Positions 1 through 13,144 of a stretch of DNA of 64,000 nt are shown here, piece by piece. The translations under genes and the position numbers were made by a program. The stretch spans positions 14,570,001 to 14,634,000 of the forward strand of contig OX597820.1 of NCBI GenBank assembly GCA_951406725.2. Direction: 5' to 3'. Numbering within the stretch: position 1 is the stretch's first letter; each line of letters begins with the position of its first letter. This DNA comes from Octopus vulgaris (Eukaryota). Below the pieces are notes generated by a model. The model saw only the letters and a list, made by a program, of their open reading frames with translations, ran no database searches and was not told where the DNA came from.

Positions 1-335
1 GTTTTCTTGAGCAAGACACTTTATTTCATGTTACTCCAGTTCACTCGGCTGTAGAAATGAGTTGCGACATCACAGGTGCCAAGATGTATCGGTCTTAGCC
101 TTTCCCTTAGATAACACTGGTGGCATGGAGAGGGGAGGCCGGTATGCATGGGCGACTGCTGGTCTTCCATAAACAACCTTGCACCGGCTTTTGCCTTGGA
201 AGGGAACTTTGTAGGTACAATCCCATGGTCATATATGACCGAAGGGGGCCCTTTATCTTTATCACTTTTATGGTGAACCACCAATTTCAGGAGCATAAAT
301 ACTCCAACACCAATTGCCAAGTGGTGGTAGGGAGT

Positions 336-374
<39 letters not shown>

Positions 375-1535
375 AACAAACAAACTTACACGCATGTATA
401 TATGATGGGCTTCCTTCAGTTTCCGTCTACCAAATCCACTCATAAGGCACAAGACTATAGTACAAGACACCTGCCCAATGTTTACTTGGTGGGACTGAAC
501 CTGGAACAGTGAGGTTGTAAAGTGGATTTCCTATCACACAGCCATGCCTATATCTATATTTATTTATGTATATCAGATAAGACATGATTAATTCAAACCA
601 ATAAGAATAAATAAGCTTTACATATGGCAGAGTAATTTGAATAGTAAAAGGTCAAAGGTACGCATGTCTGCGGAGTTCTCAGCCACTTGCATGTTAATTT
701 CATGTGCAGGCTGTTCTGTTGATTGGATCAACTGGAACCTTCTTTGTAATAACCGATTACAGGAGTACCTGCACACACTTCCACACACACACATACACGT
801 GTGTATGTATGTGTGTATATATATGTGTATGTGTGTGTGCATATATATATTTTATTATGTCACAAAAAACAGTGTCCTTCAATACATACCTGTATTAGTG
901 ATATACAGAGTATATTATAAATATAGGTAAATATTAACATTTAAATAAATTGCTCTCACACACACACACACATATATATATATACACACACACACACATA
1001 TTATATACTCACACACACACATATGTATATATATATACACATGTGTGTGTGTTTAATCTGTAGCGATACTAGACTACTGAGCAAATATTAATATGTAGAT
1101 AGCACACCTTAGTTACAAAGAAAACACCACTTCCTGATTGCTCAGGGAAACCTGTAGGCAACAGTAGAATTCAAAGCCTGCGATAAGACCATCAATTATT
1201 CAACACAATATGAATCACATAATTTCTCTCTACTGTCGGATGATAACAACACTGGCTACTGTTAACCACTTGTAGATATTGATCAAGAAGTATTGATAGA
1301 CAGAGCAACTTAGAACTAATAAGAAAATATTTTTATAAAAATAAATTGCTAATTACCTACCAACCTAATCTGACCAAATGATTCCTCTGGACCACTTCTG
1401 TTAAATTCGTATTTCTGTAATTTAAGGGTTATGCCCTGACTCATCTTTGCCCCTGTTTTCTCCCTTCTTTTCCACCTGGGGTAACAATATATGCTCTTCT
1501 ATAGCAAGACACACATATCGGTGTCTCTATTCTAC

Positions 1536-2257
1536 TTAACCCTTTTGATACCAACCCAGCTGAAACTGCCTCTTGCTCTGTGGCACAAATGTCTTGTTTT
1601 CAAAAGTTCTGAATTAAAATCTTCACAATTTATGTTCCTAACACTAGCTTAATGATAACTAAGTTATTTTACTAAATTCTTTGTTATATTTAAAATTAAT
1701 TGAAAGAAACACAGAATATCTCAACAAGAAATATGGTAACAAAGGGGTTAAAATATATATAAAAGAGAAACAATTCTTAACCCGTTTGATACCAACCCAG
1801 CTGAAACTGCCTCTGGCTCTGTAGTACAAATGTCTTGTTTCCATAAGATATGAATTAAAATCTTCCACTAAACCTTAGTCACAATTTATGTTCCTAACAC
1901 TAGCTGAATGATAACTAAGTTATTTTACTAAATTCTTTGTTATATTTAAAATTAATTGAAAGAAACACAGAGCATCTCAACAGAAGTATGGTAACAAAAG
2001 GGTTAAAATATATAATAGAGAAAAAATTCTTAACCCTTTTGATACCAATCTGGCTGAAACCGGCGCTGGCTCTGAGTACAAATGTCTTGTTTTCATAAGT
2101 TCTGAATTAAAATCTTCCACCAAACCATAGTCACAATTTGTGATCCCAACACTAGCTTAATGATAATTAAGTTATTTCACTAAATTCTTTGTTATATTTA
2201 AAGTAATTGAAAGAAACACAGAACATCTCAAAATGAATACAGTAACGAAAGGGTTAA
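1536..2257 (+). mobile_element. Three tandem copies of a ~220-230 bp TTAA-flanked MITE (piggyBac-type termini)
   Basis: Copies at 1536-1751, 1777-2006 and 2030-2257. Each starts TTAACCC(T/G)TTTGATACCA and ends GTAAC(A/G)AAAGGGTTAA. Confidence 0.85.
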
Positions 2258-4112
2258 ACCTCTCATCACCTGACATAAAAACACCTTCCTCAACACTATT
2301 CCCTGCTCAGTTAGGGGGTCATGTCTAGTGTGGATTACTTGGGAACCTCAATAGTGTTGGGGCCCCGTATAAAAAGCACCCAGTACACTCTGTAAAGTGG
2401 TTGGGTGTTAGAAAGCACATCCAGTTGACGAAATTGTAACAGAGCTGACACTGGAGCTTGGTGCAGTCTTCTGACTTGTCAGCTCTTGTCTAACTGTCCA
2501 ACCCATACCAGCATGGAAAAACAGATCTTAGATAATGCAGATGATACAATGATGGTTTTTGATATCGGCTGATGAATATAAAGTTGGAGGAAGGAAACAG
2601 TCAAGTTCAGTCGACCCCAGTACTTAATGGCTAGGTAAAAAGCAGCAGGATTACTAAAGTACTAGAGTCAATTTGTTTAACTTAGCCCTTCAAAGCAATG
2701 CTCCAGAGTGGCCGCCGTCCAATGACTCAAGCAAGTAAAGGAATACTTTGTGTTATATTAAGTTAACCAAAGAAATTTGACACACAACAGAATTTCCACA
2801 TTTCTTATATCTATCATCTCTTCTCGTAATCCATTATAACTATTATTTACCATGTTTTTTTGCAAAATTTATTTTTCATATTTTATTTTATTTAGTCAAA
2901 ATTTTTTTGGCGATTTGGAAAACTTTGGTGGATTAAATTGTAATATATATATATATTTTAATTACACTTCTTTTTTTTTTTATTTTTGTTATTTATCTTA
3001 ACATCTGGGAACACTTACAAAACTGGTGCCTTTTAATTAATTTGAGTGAGGTAATATGCTAAAATAATTTTAATATTGTACTAGTTGCTAATCAGTGAGT
3101 TTAGCAAAAAGTATTCTCTTGGGAATTGTTGTTGATAGTGAATGCTGCCCACTACTTCAGTGTTGTTTTTGTTATTCCTTTTAATAAAGTATGGCTGGGT
3201 TAGTCTGTCTTAGAACTAATCTCTTCACATGCCATTTGATATGTAAAACCTAAATACAAAGTTAGATGGGTTTTACTTAAGCAAATACCTGCAGGAAAAA
3301 AGAAAAAGAAAAAAGAGATGGGTATTTGGTATTTATACATTTATACTCAGTTTAATCATCTGTAGAAGTATCTGACACTACTAATTGAAATTTTAGCCCC
3401 AGCTGAACAAAACAAAAAGAATCCCTTTTTTTAAATATAGACTGAGGAGCTGGGAGCAGAGGAGCAGGGTTTGTAGCCCTTTGTGCGTTAAGGGTAGGGT
3501 GAGAGTCAGTAGTATAGATGGATGTTTGTATGAAGTTAATATGGTTAATGCTAACTGAACATGTTTATTAGGGAGACTAGGGAGAGGAAAATGTTGATAG
3601 ATGGGGGCAGTGTTGAGGAATGCTGCCTAAGGAAAGTGATGATGAAGAAATATATTGAGCATGGCAGGAAGGAAAAGAGAACAGTGATTGCATGTGGAGT
3701 ATTTTTGTCTGTGATTACATTCATGTGGGATATTTTTCATTTGGGGGTCTTGTACAATCAGGAAGGGGAAATGAAAACAGTGATTGCATGTGAAGTATTT
3801 TCATTTGGGGCTGGTGGGGTCCTTGTGATCAGAAAGTTTAACGGGGCAGATATCATTGTATTAATAGTGCAAACAAATGTACAGAAAATATCTCATCTAA
3901 TAGAAGGTTAGTAATTTTAAATGAAAGGTCACGGGGCTCAAATGTCTGGTCAGGGGTGGAGAAAGTCAGTTTTCTAAAATCTCATCTGGAATATGATCTA
4001 GGGCAGTGTTTCTCAGGTGTTCTTGCCCCACACCCTACTTTGATTTTCCAAAGTTATGCATACACCACTATGAACGGGCAAAGTGTATAACGTGTATAAC
4101 ACACACACACGC

Positions 4113-4165
<53 letters not shown>

Positions 4166-4413
4166 AGACCTTGAATTGTAAAACAGTTTCATTTTCAATG
4201 AAATACCATATCCTCTACATCATGTTTTGAGCACTCTTTTCTCATCCAACTGACATACAACAATGAGCGTGTGTGCATGTACAGATGAATTTGTATATAT
4301 GTGTGTGTATAGATAGGTATGTATATATGTATATACACACATACATTCAAAAGCGGTTTTAACTGAAACTTTATTGCAAGTTTGATTAACAACTCGTTAC
4401 TTATTTACTTAAG

Positions 4414-4606
4414 CCCCACACTGAAGCCATCCATGCCCTCCACCATCAGGATGGATGTGACACCCCTCTACTCCACCCAGTACCACCTCGAGGAATATCG
4501 GTCTAGAATCCGAATGCAAACGACAGAGACACCCTGTCCCGGGATGTCTAAGAGCTACTCAAGTATGAAGGTTATTTGTACTTGTATGTCGACGTTTCTC
4601 TTCTAA
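4414..4606 (+). CDS. Candidate coding exon, phase-2 entry: x-PTLKPSMPSTIRMDVTPLYSTQYHLEEYRSRIRMQTTETPCPGMSKSYSSMKVICTCMSTFLF*; host gene unidentified
   Basis: GC-richer unique island after acceptor ttatttacttaAG (4412-13). The phase-2 frame is open 63 codons; the other two frames stop earlier. Possible internal donors at 4563 (gtatga) and 4571 (AAG|gttatt), so it could be an internal exon. Confidence 0.55.
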
Positions 4607-4944
4607 AATATACTTTTTGTCTATTTTCGAGAAGCGTACACTGCAGTGTGAGTGTTACACCATGGCTGTTTAAACAGTAGCCTAGTGTAAGGTGTAATTG
4701 TGCTTTGTTTTGAGGCAGCAGACACTCCAAGCCCTGACACATTTTCTTGCTCTGCTCTAAAAAAAAAAAAGGAAACAGAACTTTTGTAATAACAGTTTTT
4801 TTTTTATTTTGATTTTCTTTTCTTTTCTTATTTTTTTTTCCTTTTCGGTTATGTAAAGAATGTATTTCTTGAATGTGTCTTCATTAGTTTTTACACCCAC
4901 CTTCTTCCCCCAGTGTTTCAGTGTTTGGAAAATAAAGAGTTTTA

Positions 4945-4949
4945 TTATA

Positions 4950-4987
<38 letters not shown>

Positions 4988-5075
4988 TATAAGATACATA
5001 TACACACACTCACTCATATACATACATACATATATACATGTGTGCTTGTATCTATATGATTATATAATAAAACTT

Positions 5076-5133
<58 letters not shown>

Positions 5134-5288
5134 TAATTTCGTAATCTCTCCCTATATATATGTGTGTATATATGTATGTATATATATATGTATGTATATA
5201 TATATATGTATGTATGTATATGTATATGTATATATATATGTATGTATGTATGTATATGTATGTATATATATATATGTATGTATATATA

Positions 5289-5333
<45 letters not shown>

Positions 5334-5792
5334 GTGTATATATATATATATATGTATGTGTATATATTATATATATGTATATGTATGTATATATATATAT
5401 AATATGTATGTATATATATATGTATGTATATAATGAATGTATATATATATATATATGAATGTATATATGTATGTATATATATATGTATGTATATAATGAA
5501 TGTATATATATATATATGAATGTATATATGTATGTATATATATATGAATGTATATGTATATAATGAATGTATATATATATATGAATGTATATATATATAT
5601 GTATGTATATATATAATGAATGTATATATATGTATGTATATATATAATATATATATATGTATGTATATATATAATGAATGTATATATATGTATGTATGTA
5701 TATATATAATGAATGTATATATATATATAAATATATATATATATAATGAATATATATGTATGTATATATATAATGATATATATATATATATA
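4945..5792. repeat. Compound (TA)n/(TATG)n microsatellite (similar blocks at 9280-9780, 10230-11200, 42330-42680, 55750-56810, 62810-63340)
   Basis: Direct inspection. Confidence 0.95.
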
Positions 5793-6036
5793 GACATGGT
5801 GGTAGACAGTTGGTCTTTCTGCTGGTGTAGATAAGAGTTTCAAGCTTGAAATAAAATACATCCAAATGCATCTTGAAGTTCTGTACCATTACCTGCCTGT
5901 TCTTGAAGTCAGTATTGCACAGTTGATGTCCATTTTATGGCAGTAGTTCTCAATCATTTTTTTACTTATGGTCCCTTTCAGTTCTTCTTTTACTCAGGTG
6001 GACGCCCATAGCCATCTTATAATTTTATTGTGAATA

Positions 6037-6417
6037 GGCGCAGGAGTGGTTGTGTGGTAAGAAGCTTGCTTTCCAACCTCATGGTTCCGAGTTCAGTCCC
6101 ACTTTTACTATAGCCTCAGGCCAACCAAAGCCTTGTGAGTGGATTTGGTAGATTGGAAACTGAAAGAAGCCTGTCATATATATGTATATGTGTGTGTATG
6201 TATATGTTTATATGTCTGTGTTTGTCCCCCCCAACATTACTTGATAACCAATGCTGGTGTGTTTATGTCTCTGTAACTTAGCTGTTCGGCAAAAGAGACC
6301 AATAGAATAAGTATTAGGTTTACAAAAGAATAAGTCCTGGGGTCGACTTGTTTGACTAAAGGCAGTGCTCCAGCATGGTCGCAGTCAAATGATTGAAACA
6401 AGTAAAAGAAAAGAGAG
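6037..6417 (+). mobile_element. tRNA-derived CORE-type SINE (family A)
   Basis: GGCGCAGGAGTGG..TGTGGTAAG head, ...GATTTGGTAGA..GGAAACTGAAAGAAGCC, internal (TA/TG)n, 3' GAAACAAGTAAAAGA tail. Confidence 0.85.
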
Positions 6418-7708
6418 AATAGAGTTTTAGTCCTTACACAACTAGACTCAGATTTCACAACTAGATTTCACCTTTCACAATCATTTTATGAATGTCTGAT
6501 TGAGTTATGCAACACAGACTCAATATAGTCTCCTGTAATATTCTTCTCTTACTACCTTTGAGGAGAATGGTAATGCATAATTAAATTAATTTAATTCAAT
6601 TATGATTATAATTGATTTAATTTTCCCCATGTTTCTTACATGTTGGTGTTATCATTTGAAATGATTAAAATTTTATAAAACATAACATCTTCTCTTCTCC
6701 ATCTTTAATTGTTTATTGAGTTTATGTAGGATTATATCCTATAAATGCTCATAACACACCTTTTACTTGTTAAATTTTCGTATTTCCTAAATAAATACTT
6801 ACAATAATAATAATAAGCTACAATTTTGATATGAAGAATCTTTATTAGAAATCTAACTTTGGATCCCCCCCCCCCCCCAATGTAAGAATGTTCTAATTGA
6901 ACTCCACCTTTCTCTTATATATATATACACACACACATATATATCTATATACACACACATATATACACACACATATATATATAATGGGCAGGTTTACGAA
7001 AATAAACAAAAGACGAAGGCAGGTGGAGTACAAACAAACAATGTATTAGTATGGCGCTCAGGAATAGAAATAAAACAAGTCTTTTATGTTTCGAGCCTAC
7101 GCTCTTCGACAGAAAGATACACAGAAAAGAATCAAGGAGAGAAAGAAGGAGAAAAAAGAAAATTGCGTGTTGGGGCTAACGATATACACACACACACACC
7201 CAAGTTAGCACTTAAACCAGCCACGTCCAACCTAAATATTTGAAATGTTTTATGTTCAAACTGGCTTTTGGAACACAATTTTTGATTTTGTAAATAATGT
7301 ATTTCTCGAATGAGGCTTCATTAGCTTTGTAACCCCTCCTTCTCCAGTGCTTCAGTGTTTGGAATACCCTACAGTGTTATTCTAAAAATAAACAATCGCA
7401 TCATCAAAATATCAAAGCTACAAGATAATCCAAGATTAAAAACACCAACTACACTCACGGAGTGGTTGGCGTTAGGAAGAGCATCCAGCTGTAGAAACAC
7501 TGCCAGATCAGACTGGAACCTGGTGCAGCCTTCTGGCTTCCCAGACCCCGGTCGAACCGTCCAACCCATGCTAGCATGGAAAACGGACGTTAAATGATGA
7601 TGATGAAGAATGTGAATAAACAAGGATTACATTTGAGAGAGTAATCTGAATGCTAAAGGGTTAAAACTTAGCAAAATACTATCAAAAGGAAGTGGCAGAG
7701 TTAACTAG

Positions 7709-8130
7709 CTCTGGAATATGCCAATGCATATTGACAAGGATGTTGTGGTTAATCAGCTGGATATTGTTATTAAGGACCACCACGAAAGGAAATGCCTTTT
7801 AATTGACAGAAGTATCAGTCCCAACAGAGGATAATGCACTTTTCAAAGAAATGGGGGAAATTATTAATGAAATATGAAGATCTAAAAATAAAGATAAACC
7901 ATGCTGTAGGAACTCCCTATAATAATGGGTGCTTTGGGAATAATTAAAAACCCTGCAGACAAATACATAACCAAAACATCGGGTCTTACAAATATTGCAC
8001 AACAGAGAAATAGTGAAGCCAAATGAAAATACTCCACACGTACAAGACCCAGACATCTGTGTTGCGTGGTGCAGTGAAAACAATAAAAATAAGACTACTG
8101 ATTAATAATACTAATAATAATAATAATAAT
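7709..8130 (+). mobile_element. Decayed 3' end of a restriction-like-endonuclease non-LTR retrotransposon (R4/Dong-like)
   Basis: Frameshifted translation LWNMPMHIDKDVVVNQLDIVIKDHHERKCLLID..SVPTEDN..KYEDLKI..PIIMGALGIIK..DKYITK resembles the RLE PD-(D/E)xK region; ends in (TAA)n. Confidence 0.7.
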
Positions 8131-9113
8131 GATGATGATGATTGTGAGGTTAAGTCCACGAGGGCCTCTTTGATTCTGGTTTTGCTATCTTTACAGCTAA
8201 CAAGAGCTAACTTAGCTCTCTTGCCTCCCAAGCTGATAAATTAGAGATAAATTGGTGGGAAGTTACTTTTAAACAGTAAGCAAAATTGTTCTAGGAAAAA
8301 CGCATTTACATAATTGTAAGAGGTTGATGACTTGACTATAGTTACCAGAGTAGGTATATTGTGTAAACCAGTGGTTTCCAACTGGGGCCTGTATGACCTG
8401 GTGTGGGATGGAATGTCCATATAAGATTTTGTTGTTAAAATTTACGTACTATAATGGTGCCTTGGGCAAGTGTCTTCTACTATAGTAGCCCTGCACAAAG
8501 CAATGCCTTGTGGGTTAATTTGGTAGAGGTCAGGGCCTCATGGAGGTAGTGGTAAGTGACCGAGGCTTTTGGCAGTACATCGGGCTTGGGAAGACCTGTC
8601 AGGCCAAGTGGTATCATAGTAGTAGCCGATGTCGATGTTTTGTTACTGGCACCCATGCTGCTGGAGTGTAAAAAGGACCCACTACACTATCAGAGTGGTT
8701 GGCATTAGGAAGGGCATCGAGCTGTAGAAACCTTGCCAAATCAGACTGGAACCTGGTGCAGCTCCCTAGCTTACCAGTTTTCAGTCAAACAGTCCAACCC
8801 ATGCCAGCATGGAAAACAGACATTAAGTGATGCCGATGGTGTATGTTCATGTTTGTCCCCTGCTCTTCTCGCTGCTTGATAAACTGATGCTGGTTTGTTT
8901 ACATCCCCGTAACTTAGCAGTTTAACAAGAGACTAATAGAGTTAGTACTCTGTCTTTAAATCCTTCAAGGCTGTGCCCCAGCATGGTCGCACTCCAATGA
9001 TTGAAACAAGCAGAAAATAAAAAGATAAAAGAAGCCACGAGGCGTTTCATTGAGTTCTGCATTTTTTCATTCCTCAGCCATAATTAATAATAATAATAAT
9101 AATAATGATAATC

Positions 9114-9159
<46 letters not shown>

Positions 9160-9297
9160 CAATAACAACAACAAAGTAACAACTGTGTAATGATTTATGA
9201 TTTTCTATTATATTAAAACTAATCTTTAGTCTTGCATTAGATTTCTGTACAGTTTTGGTGTTGTCTTTGTGATTGGATGTGTGTGCTTGTGTATGTA

Positions 9298-9484
<187 letters not shown>

Positions 9485-9794
9485 GTATGTGTATATGTGT
9501 ATTTGTGTGTGTATGTGTATATATGTATGTGTGTGTGCAATATGTGTACATGCTGTGTGTGAGTGTATACATACTGTGTGTATGCAGTGCATGTGTGTGT
9601 GTGTGTGTGCACATGCTATTTGCTTGTATGCATACTGTGTGAACACTGTAAATGTACTCTGTGTGTGTGTATGTGTGTGTATGTGTGTGTGGATGTTTGT
9701 ACAAGTGCTGTGTGTGCATTGTGTGTTGTTTGTGTGTGTGTGTGTGTGTGCTCTATGTGCTTTTTATCACTCCAATGCAATGGTTAGTTAGCTG

Positions 9795-9830
<36 letters not shown>

Positions 9831-10028
9831 ACACACGTACACACACGTACACACACGCGCACGCAGACACACTGTCAAAAGCAAACACAACAGCAGAAAG
9901 CGCTTTGCTGTTTAATATTGGCGGTTGCATTCACACCCCACGCTGTTTCATCCCCCAAAACCCTCACTTAACTTCTCCACCTTCTTCCTTCCTTCCCTCC
10001 TTCCTTTCCTCCTCCTCCTCCTCCTCTT

Positions 10029-10059
<31 letters not shown>

Positions 10060-10099
10060 CTCCTTTTCTCTCCTCTTTGGATTCTGTCCTTTTTCAAAG

Positions 10100-10353
10100 C
10101 TATTTTATAACCAGGTCACTCGCTCTCTCTGTACTTGGATCAATAACATCTTTTGTGATAGGAACTATCTCCATATCTTGGTTACTAAGGTGGCTTATCC
10201 CTAAAACACCTTGTCTCTCCCCACCCCGCAATACACACATGCACACACACGCACACACACACGCACACACACGCTCTTTTACAAAAGCGCGTAATACACA
10301 TCTCACGCTTACTTACACATACAATTTCTCATATTGTATCCTTTCATATATAA

Positions 10354-10430
<77 letters not shown>

Positions 10431-10463
10431 TGCATTCATACATATTGGTGTATATACACATGA
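10100..10463 (+). CDS. Candidate alternative exon with hydrophobic, TM-like segment: x-YFITRSLALSVLGSITSFVIGTISISWLLRWLIPKTPCLSPPRN...
   Basis: Long CT tract, then acceptors caaAG (10098-99) and ccAG (10113-14), both giving phase 2 in the same frame. Unique sequence runs to about 10230, then the frame enters a CA microsatellite. Confidence 0.3.
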
Positions 10464-11289
10464 AATATAGATTCGTTTGTGTACACCCTGTATGTATGTA
10501 TGTATGCATGTATATATGTATGTTTGCATACACCTTATATGCATGAATGTTTGTGTGTGTATATACACTATTATGTGCATGTATGTATGTGTTTGCGTAC
10601 ACCCTATATGTATGCATGTTTGTGTGTGTATATACACTATTATGTGTATGTATGTATGCATGTTTGTGTGTATATATACACTATTATGTGTATGTGTATG
10701 TATGTATGTATGTGTGTATGTGTTTGCGTACACCCTATATGTATGCATGTTTGTGTGTGTATACACTATTTATTATATGTGTATGTGTGTGTGCATGTAT
10801 GTATAAATGCTGTATATGTGTGTGTGTACAACCTATATGTATGTATATTTGTGTGTGGTGTGTGTACATCATTGTGTGTGTGTGTTTGTGTGCACCCTGT
10901 ATATGTCTGTTTGGTGTTGGTGGTGGTGTTGGTGGTGGTGGTGTGTGTGTGTGTGTAGGCACAGACACATCTGCATACAGATAAACACACACACACACAC
11001 ATTTGTATAGATACAAGTGAATGCGTAGATGCATTCATAATAAACATCCACATCCCCCTCCTCTCTCTCTCTCTCTTCCCCCCCCACACACACTCGCACA
11101 CACACACACATTCGCACACACACATTCGCACGTACACACACACACTCGCACACACACTCGCTCACACACACACACACACACGCACACACACTCTCCTCAC
11201 AGTTTATAGTTCTTCCACAGGAGAGTGCTTTTTCATGTAAGTTACAACACTGCTGTCTTTTATCAGTCTTTTTCTCTTCTGCCGCCATC

Positions 11290-11797
11290 GCCACCACCAC
11301 CATTACCAACACCACCACCACCACCATTACCAACACCACCACCACCACCATTACCAACACCACCACCACCACCATTACCAACACCACCACCACCACCATT
11401 ACCAACACCACCACCACCACCACCATTACCAACACCACCACCATTACCAACACCACCACCACCACCATTACCACCACCACCACCACCACCATCACCACCA
11501 CCACCACCACCACCATTACCAACACCACCACCATTACCAACACCACCACCACCACCATTACCACCACCACCACCACCACCATCACCACCACCATCACCAC
11601 CACCATTACCAACACCACCACCATTACCAACACCACCACCACCATCACTTCTGTTCGCCTCCTCCCCCTCCTCATCCCACCTCCCCTTTGTCCTGTCTCC
11701 ACCCTCTTTGTTCCTTTGCCACCACAGCCATTATTGCTGCTGCCACCACCACTGCTGCTACTACTAGCAACACTAACAATAATACCACCACCGTTAC

Positions 11798-11833
<36 letters not shown>

Positions 11834-11834
11834 C

Positions 11835-11865
<31 letters not shown>

Positions 11866-11900
11866 GCAACACCACCACCACTACCGCCACCACCACCCAC
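11290..11900. repeat. (ACC)n/(ACT)n trinucleotide array with ttaccaac variants
   Basis: Direct inspection. Confidence 0.95.
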
Positions 11901-13144
11901 CTCTCAGTCAGCAATAATATCATTTGTTCTTCAGAAGGACTACCCAGTTTGTTTTGTTTTGCACACAAGTAAAAATGGTCTCTTCTTGTATTATTGGTTG
12001 AGAGGAGAAGAAGAAATGGGGGATTTGAAAATTGCTCAAACTTTTAGGCCCCATGTCTTCTCAAACTCTCTCTCTCTTTCTCTCTTGCATACTTATAAAT
12101 GCATGCATGCACACACACACACACACACACACATTATCTTTCTCTACATGCATACATACACACATTTAACACACACTTTATCTTTCTCCACATACTACAT
12201 ACACACATTTAACACACACACACACACACACACTCTCCCTCTATCCACACATACAAATACACACACAAACACATACACTAAACTCTCTCTCTCTCTCTCT
12301 GTCTCTTTCTCTCTCTGTCTCTCTCTGTCTGTTTCTGTCTTTCTCTGTCTCTTTGTCTCTCTCTCTCTGTCTGTCTGTCTCTCTTTCTCTCTCTCTCTCT
12401 CTCTCTGTCTCTGTCTGTCTCTTTCTCTCTCTGTCTCTGTCTGTCAGTCTGTCTTTCTCTCTCTCTCCCTCTCATTTTCCTTGTCTTTAATTATGTAGAC
12501 CATTTATTTATTCAAGGATGCTTTCTGATCTTTTCTATGTGTTACTGTCGATGTTATGAGTGTGTGTGCGTAGGTGTGTGTGTGTGTGCGTAGGTGTTTT
12601 GGTGTGTATATGTGCTTGAAAAGGAGAGGGGGGAGGAAGAGCATGAATGATTTATTCTCTCCATTTCTTTGCTTATATTTCTTGCTCTTTCCATGGTTGA
12701 AATGCTAAAGAAAGAATCACAAAGAACTTACCGTAATTTCTGTTGCCATTGTAAATTTTTGGATTTTACTTCTTTTTTATTTTTCGTAAAATTTCATAAA
12801 AGTTGATATTGAGATGAAGCAAGAGTGAGAATTATGTGTTTCCCTGCTCTTTGAAACCCTTGTGCCAGGTCAGGTCAGGCATGGAGGGGTGGGGGGATCA
12901 TGCACCATTATAGTGCGTTGCTGCATCTGATGTTTGTCATTCTGGGGGCATTCCAAGAGTGGGGTCTTGGTCAGTTACCATCCCTACTTCCTTCATTTGC
13001 TTTGACCATGTGGCTTAGGACTGGCCAATACAAGCCAAAACCCCCGTTAGATCCTCGGAGAAGACAATACAAAACACAGGATCGAAATCAGAAAATGGAG
13101 CAACATGATCAAATAGTCTGGGCTGTTTTGATAAACTCTTGTGT

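Noticed and set aside
21-512. Overlapping 149-aa and 130-aa ORFs
   Set aside because: Composed of SINE fragments and an (AG)n tract.
1100-1530. Possible Penelope/LINE remnant around the MITE triplet
   Set aside because: Too decayed to give a recognisable translation by eye.
5060-5889. Long YI/HT/CV-rich ORFs (also at 9-11 kb, 42-44 kb, 55-57 kb and 63 kb)
   Set aside because: Translations of dinucleotide microsatellites; open in several frames on both strands.
10869-11972. Poly-Pro, poly-Val and poly-Gly ORFs resembling extensin/formin (also 20836-21422)
   Set aside because: Pure (ACC)n/(GGT)n arrays lacking stops in multiple frames; no flanking domain.
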